A DNA stretch of 58,233 nt, the filler included, from Heterodontus francisci (Eukaryota): NCBI RefSeq assembly GCF_036365525.1. It is 4 parts of 4 records of this genome, joined end to end, with 100 filler letters (N's around TTAATTAATTAA, not from the genome) between each part and the next. Parts side by side here need not be neighbours in the genome. Positions count along the whole stretch, not along the records: positions 41,077 to 58,233 come from NW_027140453.1; 3 more parts are not named here. One strand, 5' to 3'. A model generated the notes under the pieces. It was not told the origin of the DNA. It ran no database searches and saw only the letters and a list, made by a program, of their open reading frames with translations. Each line of letters begins with the position of its first letter. The first letter of the stretch is position 1. Made by a program: the position numbers and the translations under genes. Of the stretch, positions 48,593-58,233 are shown in pieces.

Positions 48593-49137
48593 CTGTAAAA
48601 CACAAAGTGAGAAGAGAGGTGTTAAGAATGATACACCATGAAGGGGCAAAGGAATGGAGAGGTGGGAGTATGTGTGAGAGAGAGACAGAGAGAGAGAGAT
48701 TCGTGTTATAAAGACAGAAAAATAGAGAGGGAGAAAGAGTGAGTGAGAGAAAATGAGACATGCAGAAAGAGAGAGAGAGAGCATGACAGAAAGTTAAAAG
48801 TAAAACCAAGGGTAATCGATAGGACAAAGAAAGGTAAAGAGTGAGAGAAAGAGAGAGAGAGAGAGAAGAAAGCAGACAAGGACAGAGAGAGTGAGAAACG
48901 GACAAAAGGAGAGTCAGACTAGAAAAAGAAAGAAAAAAGAGGATGGGGAGAGAGAAAGTGTGACAAAGAGAGGAAGAAAAAGAGAGAGATAGACCGAATG
49001 ATATATAAACCGATGCAGAGAGAATCTACACAGCCAAACGGTGTTAATAAACCTCGAAGGGGGTTAAACCCCAAAGGGGACATTCGGGGAAGGATCAGTG
49101 AGGATCACTGACATCTCCCAGTTCAGTTCCACCTTAC

Positions 49138-49180
49138 CCCTTAACACCAGCAACACAACCCAGAGGTGAGACACAGTCAT
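49138..49180 (-). CDS. Leader exon MTVSHLWVVLLVLR(D) of family C copy 2
   Basis: 43 nt, GTAAGG donor, in frame with V. Confidence 0.85.
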
Positions 49181-49773
49181 CTCTGGAGGGAGACAGATCC
49201 ATGTGTTCATTGTGTGAAATCACTGAGCTGTTTTATTGCGGAATCTCTCAATGTTCTGAGTGGGATTTACTGTCCCCTCCTCCCCACTGTTAAATGGTCG
49301 TATGGGAGGAGCAAATCTCTTTGTACTTGTTCATTGTCTCCCACAAGGGGACTGAACTTATCTGGGGCGGGGTTAAACCAGGACCTGAGTAATCGGCCGG
49401 GCTGTGTCCTCCCATTGATGGCAGGGTCTGGAGTTACTTTAACACTGCTGCAACTCAGAGGATCCCTCTGAGATAGCAGTGATGTGAGGGGAGGAAAGGG
49501 GAGTTACACTGTTTGTCTGTCATCCTGATCTAACCAGTGAATGGGAGATTTTACTCTGCACCTTATTGCTCGGTGATGGGTTTGCCTCTGTACCTAATCA
49601 ATGCGTGATAGGCTTAATGCTGTATCGAATCGGTATGTGATGGGATTGACTTTGTGGAAACTTCCTCTGTAAATCTACCCTATCAATCAGTTCCACCATC
49701 TTATAGTATTCTCAGTGTGTCTCTCTGCTTCCCCCTGTCACATTAGCCCAGTCTGAGCCCAGCCTGTTGTGAG

Positions 49774-50405
49774 GGTTTTTGTTTTAGGAAATTTAGGAAA
49801 TTGGGTCTTTGACCGAATTTCCTACGAGAACCTGGATCTATAAAACTGTGAAATAAACTAATGGAATCTACATGCTTGCAAGTGGGTGGAATTATTAAAG
49901 TGTTAACATCATATTAGTAACACTTGGGCACCCAAACTAGGGAACAGGTTAAAGACTTCACTATCTTCTATCAAATGATTGATTGCTGATTTCACAGTTT
50001 TATTGAGATCATGAATCAGTTGATCAAATGTAGAAGTGTGATTGGGACACAATTTTAACCTACTCAGCGCCAGAAGGAAAATAGCAAAGGTGGTGAAGTT
50101 GAAAGGGATGTTTGGTGCAGATCTGAGACACTTTCAGTTGGTTACTCTGGTTTAAGGGTGAGAGGCAGTTGTAGTTCCCCTAGTGCAGAACGTCATTGAG
50201 ATGTTCCCCGCCCCTACTTTTTAAGTTGTCCCCCATTCTTTTGTTTGCTTCCTTCCGCCCCTTTCCACTTGTTTCTTCTCTCCATTCCCCCCCCACCCCC
50301 TTGCACCCCACTTTCTACTCTGCTGCAAATATCTTCACAAGCCTTTGTGAGCTTGCTTTCATGCCGAGGCGAGGGGAATTCTGAAGGTAGCGAGGTGTTG
50401 GAGAG
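49774..50405 (-). pseudogene. Family-B V pseudogene: promoter, leader (50064-50109, ATG>ATC), intron and nonamer retained; V exon deleted
   Basis: Collinear with ~39001-39650; GTGAGGGTTTTTGT nonamer context matches 38561-38574. Confidence 0.7.
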
Positions 50406-50844
50406 GGTAGGTGAAAAAAACAAGGGGCGGTGCAACGATAGCTGCTTTGGGTGACTCCAGAGGTTATGGTGCAGAACAGGCGATTATTCACATCCTTTTG
50501 CAAATTAAAATCAGTAGTGGAGGAAAAGAAGGTGGATAGTTCGATGGCCTCGGAGGCGGCTCATATAACATCACTGTAAAGTGGAACTCGAACTGCGTTT
50601 AGCCTTTAAAGTGAAAAGATTGCAGAAGCAGAGGAATTGACTCATTGATCAGCGGCGCCAAAGCCTGTGGTGGCGCGAAATATAGTGGAGCCACTGCGCC
50701 GACCAGTGGCAGCATGGCGCAACTGCAACAAGCTGTGTTTGTTACTTTCCCAGTGAAACCCATGCTGTGGGCTTCTTCAAGTCACTTCCCGAAATTCATC
50801 CTCCTTCTCAGTGTTTCATCCTCTCCTGCAGAGGATTATTACCC

Positions 50845-51236
50845 GCAGAATTAACGATACAAATTCAGTCTTTGTCCTAATTTCCTTCCAGTATCTGTAC
50901 AGATGTAAAGCAGAATAGTGAAATCTACATGAGTAGAAGTGGGTGTAGATATTATATGGTTAACAGTATATTCTTCACAATTTTGTTGCCAAAAAAGGTT
51001 GAACAGATTAATGAGTTCACTATCTTATATTCAATAATTGATTGCTGATTTCACAAGTCACCGCCGCACAGTCTTGTTGAGCTCATTAAGCAGTTGATCA
51101 AATGTAAAACAGTAATTGTGCCAGAATTTAAACATACTCAGCGACAGAAGGAAAATAGTAAACGTCGATGAAATTGAATGGCATGTTTGCGGCGGATCTA
51201 AGACACTTTCTGCTGGTTGCTCTGGATTTAAGGGAG
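50845..51236 (-). pseudogene. Family-B leader/intron relic (leader 51138-51184, +1 frameshift), no V exon
   Basis: Homologous to ~38990-39390. Confidence 0.65.
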
Positions 51237-52853
51237 CGAAGCTGAGGGAGGAATCATTAATGGGATTAGCATCCATGAAAGTTGATAAATCACCAGGGCA
51301 GGATGAAATGAATCCTAGGCTGCAAAAAGAAGCAAGAGAAGATATAGCAGAGGATCTGACCATCTTTTTGCAGTCCTCACTGATTACAGGTGTGGTGCCG
51401 GAGGATTGGAGAATTGTTAACGTTGTGTCTCCGTCTAAAAAGGGAGAGAAGGATAGACTGACTAATTACAGGCCAGTCAGTCTGACCTCAGTAGTGAGCA
51501 AATTATTGCAATCTATTCTGGGAGACAGGATAAACTGTCACTTAGAAAGGCACAGATTAATCCAGGATAGTCAGCATAGATTTGATAAGGGATGAACTTG
51601 TTTGATCAATTCGATCGAATTTTTTGAAGAAGTAACAAGGAAGATAGATGAGGGTAGTGCAGTTGACGTGGTCTACCTGGATTTTAGCAAGGCTTTTGAA
51701 AAGGCTGCACATGGCAGACTGGTTAAAAAAAACAAAATCCCATGGGATCCAGGGAAATGCAGCAAGGTGGATACAAAATTGGCTCAGTGGCAGGAAACAA
51801 AGGGTAATTGTTGATGGTTGTTTTAGCGACTGGAGGGCTGTTTGCAGTGGCGTTGCACAGGGCTCAGTATTGGGTTCCCTGCTTTTTGTGGTATTTATTA
51901 ACGATTTGGATGTAAATGTAGGGGGGCATAATCCAAATGTATGTAGACAACACAAGGATTAGCCGTGTGGTAGATCGCATGGAGGATTGGTGTAGGCTGC
52001 AGGAAGATATTGATGGTCTTGTCAGATGGGCAGAAGAGTGGCAAATGGAATCCAACTTGGAGAGGTGTGAGGTGATGCATTTGGGGTGGTCAAACAAGGC
52101 AAAGGAATACACGATTAATGGGAAAATACTGAGAAGTGCAGAGGAAGTGAGGGACCTTGGAGTGAATGTCTACAGATCACTGAAGGTAGCAGGACAGGTC
52201 GATAAGGTGGTTAAGAAGGCATATGGAATCCGTTCCTTTATTAGCTGAGGTACAGAATACAAGAGCAGGGAGGTTATGCTGGAACTGTATCACTCATTGG
52301 TTGGGCCACAACTTGAGTACTGTGTGCAGTTCTGGTCACCTCATTGCAGAAAGAATGTAATTGCACTAGAGAGGGTACAGAGGGGATTTACGAGGATGTT
52401 GCCAGAACTGGAAAATGGAGCTATGCGGAAAGATTGGATAGGCTGGGGTTGTTCTCCTTGGAACAGAGAAAGCTGAGGGGAGGTCTGTTTGAAATGTGCA
52501 AAATATTGAAGGGGCCTGGATAGAGTGGAGGTGAAGGGTCTATTCATCTTGGCAGAGAGATCAGTGACGAGGGGGAAGAGATATAATGTGATTGGTAGAA
52601 GAATTAGAGGGGAGATAAGGAAAGCCTTAGAGGGTAGTGGGTGTCAGGTACTCAAAGCCTGAAAGGGTAGTTGAGGCAGACACTCTCAACTCATTCAAAG
52701 GAGTCTGGATATGCACCTCAAGTGCCGTAATCTGCAGGGCTATGGACCAAATGCTGGAAGGTGTGATATGAATAGGTGGATTGTTTTTCGGCCGCCACCG
52801 ACACGATGGGCCAAGTGGCCTCTTGCTGTTCCTTAAACTTTCTATGATTCTAT
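51237..52853 (+). mobile_element. 5'-truncated CR1 LINE (ORF2 RT part and 3' tail), inactivated
   Basis: KSPGQD, YRPVSLTS, GVAQGSVLG, LEYCVQFWSP motifs. Confidence 0.88.
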
Positions 52854-52994
52854 TGGAGTGATAGAGTGTGTGTGAAAGTGCCAAGGAATGAGCGAGAGAC
52901 ATAGTGCGAGACAGAATCAGAGAGGATGATATGGTGAAAAACAGATAGAGTAAAAGAGAGGCAGTGATAGAGATAGATGGAGAAAGGGAGAAAA

Positions 52995-53311
52995 AGATCT
53001 CTGTCTGTTTATCTATATAGCTATCTATCTATCTCTGTAGCTATCTGTCTATCTTTATCTCTATCTATCCAGCTGCATGGCTGTGTGTCTGTCTGTCTAT
53101 CTGTGTCAATTTGTCTTTCTATCTGTATGAATCCATCTGTCTGTCTTCATATCTACCTATCTTTTGTCTGTCTGTCTTCATATCGACCTATCTGCATATC
53201 TGTCTGTCTAACAATCTATTTGACTATTTGTCCATCTATCTGTCTACCAATCTGTCTGTCTATCTATCAATCTGTCTACACATCTGTATTTCTATCTATC
53301 TATCTGCCTGA

Positions 53312-53390
<79 letters not shown>

Positions 53391-53440
53391 ATGTCTGCCT
53401 GTCTGCCTTCCTAGCTATCTATCTGCCTGTCTATGCTGCC
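52995..53440. repeat. TCTA/TCTG microsatellite
   Basis: Direct. Confidence 0.9.
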
Positions 53441-53734
53441 TATGGCATGGTACTGTACACCAGTTGGCTTCCGTGTTTTAAGTACACTGCTATCTGAAAT
53501 TACCTAGCAAATCCTTCAGTTATCTACAAGGCAACACACACCTTCTCCAGGGCAATGAGTGATGTTGAATAACTACTGGCCTTCTCAGAGGGACCCAGCT
53601 CCCCAGAATGAATTTTAAAAAATCAAAGCAAGAGAAGAAGTTGCAGAGGATCTGACTATCATTTTCCAGTTCTTAATTGGCTGTTAACTGTTTTGGGGCG
53701 TCTTGAAGTCCTGGAAGACCTGATATAATTGTTT

Positions 53735-54280
53735 TTTCTTATTCGTTCATGGGACGTGAATTTCTTTCGCAAGACCAGCAATTGTTTGCCCTTGAGAAGG
53801 TGGTGATGAGCTGCTTTCTTGAAACACTGCAGTCCATGTAGGGTAGGTACACCCACAGTGCTGTTAGGAAGGGAGTTCCATGATTTTTACCCAGTGACAG
53901 TGAAGAAACGGCGATATAGTTCCAAGTCAGGATGGTGTGTTGCTTGGAGGGGAACTTGCAGGTGGTGGTGTTCCCATGAGTCTACTGCCCTTGTCCATCT
54001 GGTGGTAGAGTTGGTGGGCTTGGAAGGTGCTGTCTAAGGACACTCGATGCGTTGCTGTAGTGCATCTTGGAGATGGAACACACTGCTGCCACTGTGGTGA
54101 AGGGAGTGAGTGTTGAAGGTGCTAGATGGGGTACTGAACAACCGGGCTGCTTTGTCCTGGATGGTGTTGAGCTTCCTGAGTGTTGTTGGAGCTGCATCCA
54201 TCCAGGCAGGTGGACAGTATTCCATCACACTCCTACCTTGTGCCTTGTAGATGATTGATACTCTATCCATCACTTCACAA
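53735..54280 (-). mobile_element. LINE 3' fragment
   Basis: IYKAQGRSVMEYCPPAW...TIQDKAARL, RT C-terminal-like. Confidence 0.65.
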
Positions 54281-54614
54281 TGGCGATGTAAACTATCTGT
54301 CTTATTTAGATCATTAATTAAACTTCTAATTAATCAAGTATAGGAAGTGACTGTGACTCAGTTTTAACATACTCAGTGCCAGAAATTAAACAGTGTAGAC
54401 GAGGACTTTGAAATTTTGCAGGGGATCTGAGGCACATCTCTTTCTTTCCTTCTCTCTCTTCCTCATACCTTCTGTCATTCCCTGTCATTCAGCCCTTGAT
54501 GAAGGTTCTGGAATCCGGGAATCACCAGCTTGGAAAACGGCCGGTGAGGCAGGGAGAGACATTAACCATTGTCACTGCTCCTGTATGTCAGTCAGTTGTT
54601 TTGTTCACCCTGTT

Positions 54615-54955
54615 GGTTTTTGTACTGGCACTAAGGCAGTCTGCAGCGCTGTGCTCACTGGCTGCACAGTAATACACCGCCGCATCCGCAGCCTTAACCT
54701 TGAGGACCCTCAGGCTGCATCGTTTGTCCTCGGGCCTTAAAATCTTCACCTCCTCTTCAAATTTTCCTTCGTACGTGGGTGAGCTTCCAGTGTAAGAATA
54801 GCCCATTAGGGTGAGCTCCTGCCCGGCATACTGCCGATACCACATCATAATGCTCTTACTACTGTCATTCTGGTAACAGTTTAATTCTGCTGGTTCGCCT
54901 CCCTTCACTGCCACCAGAGTTGGCCACTGGTGTATCACCTCTGCTAAAGTTTTGC
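54615..54955 (-). CDS. TRBV: TCR beta V exon, family D (exon 54654-54955) with 23-RSS CACAGCG-23-ACAAAAACC
   Basis: EVIHQWPTLVAVKGGEPAELNCYQ...WYRQYAG...DAAVYYCAASE. Confidence 0.87.
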
Positions 54956-55423
54956 CTTGAGAAATAAGGAGAATAGTTAAAAAAGTTTGGAACATATTGT
55001 GACATATGATAACCAACTATAACTATCCAAACAGATAAGTAGATAATACTAGATAACTATATAGGCAGACAATAAATAGTTAAATGATATATTTGTAGAT
55101 ATATAGATAATAAACAGATAGATATCGTGACTGAAAAATAATGGAGCAAGTGATATGAGAGAGAAAAATTAACCCAGAATGAGGGCAAACTTATCGGTTA
55201 AAGATAGCTGTAGTAGCGTCACGAATATATAAGTAACTTTCATTCAGTCAACAATTTCATTAAGTAAATATTATTTACAGTGAAAGTAAAGTATGTAGTT
55301 TAAGAAATGACAGAAAATCGACTGCAATGATGTTTTATCAATCTAGTTTGATAGAAGTTAGTAGTGAATGAAAACACAGCATGTATTTTAGCAGAGGTAT
55401 CTTTATGAACAATGAATACCTAC

Positions 55424-55469
55424 ATGGAAGAAGAGAACAGACGATTAGGAAGAGTTTGACTAACTGCAT
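55424..55469 (-). CDS. Leader exon MQLVKLFLIVCSLLP(C) of family D
   Basis: 46 nt, GTAGGT donor, in frame with V. Confidence 0.85.
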
Positions 55470-56658
55470 CCTGCAGACTGGGGGCTGAATCTGTTCATGA
55501 ATCAATATCAGGCGGCTGAAGATAAAGCAGAGAGCGGAAATGACAGCACTGGAAACAGGGTTTCCTTCTGACCCCTCACTTCTGGTATGACAGAATAATA
55601 ACACCCCCTGGTCGGAAGGAGCTTGAATAAGGAAATGCTTCCCGTTTGTATCTGGCTCTCGTTGCTTGTGTCTGATTGGTGTTGTATAGGGTAGCTCTTT
55701 CGAACAGCTGGGCCAGGCTCGATGGGCTGAATGGCCTCGGCTCTGCTGTATGATTTTATAAATATATAAGACACATCAAGTTGCTTCTTTGTATTAGGCA
55801 GATAAAGATTTATTTCCCCTGGGCTAAACGACAATTCAAGGGTTATGTTTTACATTGGGGTGAAATCTTAGATACTTTGAAAAGCGACAATGTCATGAAG
55901 AAGTGGGTTAACTGTTTTAAACAGATGCTCAAACCGCCGTCAGGAGACAGGTGTTCCAGTGAGAGACCTATCTGGGGAGGTGTCTCACTTTTGCATTGCA
56001 TGAATCATTGGGGACATGTACAACAGGGAGCTATGTGTAACTCTTGTCATAAACCACCGACAGCTCATTCAACAGGACCATGAACCCACTTACCCCACCT
56101 CGGAATCTGTTTTTTACAGGTAGAGGCTGCCTTAACGAGAAGGATCTGAGCACATTGCTGCAGCATTTTTAATAATTCATAATGTATTGTTGTACTCTGT
56201 GTCGAAGGAGAGCAAGAAGATGAAACTGTGAGAGACAGAGATGACAAATATATATATATGATCGAGATAAATAGATAGATAAATGGTGCAAATAACCATA
56301 AATGGACAGCTAGATCGATAAATAGATAGATACAGATGGATAGATAGATAGATAGATAGATAGATACAGATGGATTGATAGATACAGATAGATAGATAGA
56401 GACAGAGAGACAGACAGACAGACAGGCAAACACAAAGATAGATAGACACAGATAGATTTATAGATAGATTGATAGACACATAGATAGATAGAAAGATAGA
56501 TAGACATAGATAGATACAGATCGATAGACAGATAGACAGATAGATAGATGCAGAGACGCACAAAGAGACACAGAAACTCGCAGATAGTCCGAGAGACAGA
56601 AAGACACTGAGATAGACAGACAGGTTTATCTCCCACAAGTGCTTTCCTCCTCCTTTAG

Positions 56659-56996
56659 AGTTTTTGCTGAACTCCGGCGCCTTTCTGAGTCACTGTGCTG
56701 ACTCCAGGCACAGTAATACACGGCTGATTGATTCGCCCACAGGCTGGAGGACTCCAGGTGAAAATGGGTGTTGTCGGGTCTCCTGGCGGTGAAACCGTCC
56801 ACCTCACCGGAGGGAATGACCGTTCCGGCAGAGGTGGAATAGAAAAGGTTCTCGGGCTTATGGTCCAGATACCACCAGTACCGGTAGAATGCGGAGCCAG
56901 CTACTGCTTCTGTGTAAATACACTGGATATTGACTGGACAGCCTGGGGAATGGGATATGGAAGCGGGAGACTGTTGGTTCAGCACGGCCCCTACAT
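56659..56996 (-). pseudogene. TRBV: Family-C-related TCR V exon (56698-56996), open frame but conserved Trp replaced by Arg; 23-RSS CACAGTG-23-GCAAAAACT; no leader found
   Basis: FYRYWW where the paralog has FYWYRW; ends YYCAWSQ. Confidence 0.7.
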
Positions 56997-56998
56997 CT

Positions 56999-57030
<32 letters not shown>

Positions 57031-58233
57031 AAGATAGAGATACCCCCAGGGACAAGATTTAAATTGGACATCGGCCACGATGAGGGGACAGGCACAATGG
57101 GCCGAACGATCTCCTGTGTGCCCGAAATGTCCCGTGTTTCATTGTAAAAAGGGAGAGGTGGGAGAGGGAGAGATGCACAGAGAGAGAGAGAGAGACTCAG
57201 AGAAAGACATAGAATGATATAGAGTGAGAAAAAAGGAGAGAAGCAGAGACAGAGAGAGAGAGTAAGAGAGAGAGGGAAGCACACAGACAGAGGGAGAAAA
57301 ACAGCAACAATCTATACATGGACAACAGACGTGAAGGAGCTCAGAGGACAGGGAGAGAGAGAAAGAGAGACAGAGAGAAAGGGAGAGTGGGAGGGACAGA
57401 CATAGAGGTACATATATCGTTAGACAGAGAGAAAGAGATATGTAAATAAATATTGATAGATAGAGATTCTATATAGATAGGTAATGAAATAGGCAGATAT
57501 ACAGATAATTGGATAACATAGATAGACAGATAGATACAGTGATGCATCGAGAGACAGATAAATGGACGGAGAGATAGATAGATATGAAGATAGATATGCA
57601 GATTCATAGATAGATAGATCCAGAGAAAGGGAGATACAGAGAGATAGATGGTGCAATAGACATTCTGATAAATCCAGAGGTGTAATGAACAACAATACTG
57701 TCATGTATGGGGTAAATATCACTCTAACACGTGCTTTTATAGTTTAGCTGCCAGTCTTAAAAATAAAGTACTGTTGTTCTGAAGGATTCACTATCACACC
57801 ATTTGTACAAAATGAATACATTTTATTTACCTTCCAAGCACTAATCTGCGCACGGGATACAGATGTCCACTCCCCTTTGTGTGAAGAAGTACTTCCTGAC
57901 TTCACTCCTGAATAGCCTGGCTCGAATTTTGGGTTTAGACCACCTTGTTCTACCCCCGTGCCCCGCCCCCAACAAGAGGAAGCAGTTTATCTCCATCTCG
58001 CCGATCAACCCATTCAATCATTTTAAACACCTCAGTCAAATCACCATTTAATCTTCTCTACCCGAGGGAATAAAGAACAAGCAATGTAAACATGTTGGGT
58101 GCTGCATTTCCTTCACACTTGATTAACTGATCAAAGATATTTTCAGATTCTCCGACCACAGGGAATCGATCATAGAATCAGAGACTGGTTACAGTACAGA
58201 AGGAGGCCATTCATCCCATCGAGTCCATGCCAG

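Noticed and set aside
52977-53414. Long hydrophobic LSIY/CLSV ORFs (also 4479-4831, 56065-56638, 57341-57722)
   Set aside because: Translations of TCTA/TCTG microsatellites

Overview
Cartilaginous-fish (shark) genomic DNA; the Ig sequences closely resemble my recollection of horn shark (Heterodontus). The window is several contigs joined by 100-bp artificial spacers (44 N + TTAATTAATTAA + 44 N at 16423-16522, 32905-33004, 40977-41076) plus one 546-N gap. All antigen-receptor genes are on the minus strand. (1) 1-16422: a complete, unrearranged Ig light-chain cluster (type I/sigma-cart-like; octamer promoter, leader, V with 12-RSS, J with 23-RSS, C), flanked by CR1 LINEs, HE1 and Deu SINEs and minisatellites, plus an orphan inverted copy of the VL promoter. 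(2) 16523-32254: a complete, unrearranged IgM heavy-chain cluster (leader-VH-D1-D2-JH-CH1-CH2-CH3-CH4/secretory tail; TM exons not found). (3) 33005-58233: an array of TCR beta-like V segments with 23-bp RSSs: eight full V exons, two 3' V relics and three leader-only relics, including an ~8.1-kb block present twice. The most exciting candidate is same-orientation IgL + IgM + TCR-Vbeta linkage with 12/23-compatible RSSs, but it rests on unverified joins across the spacers.
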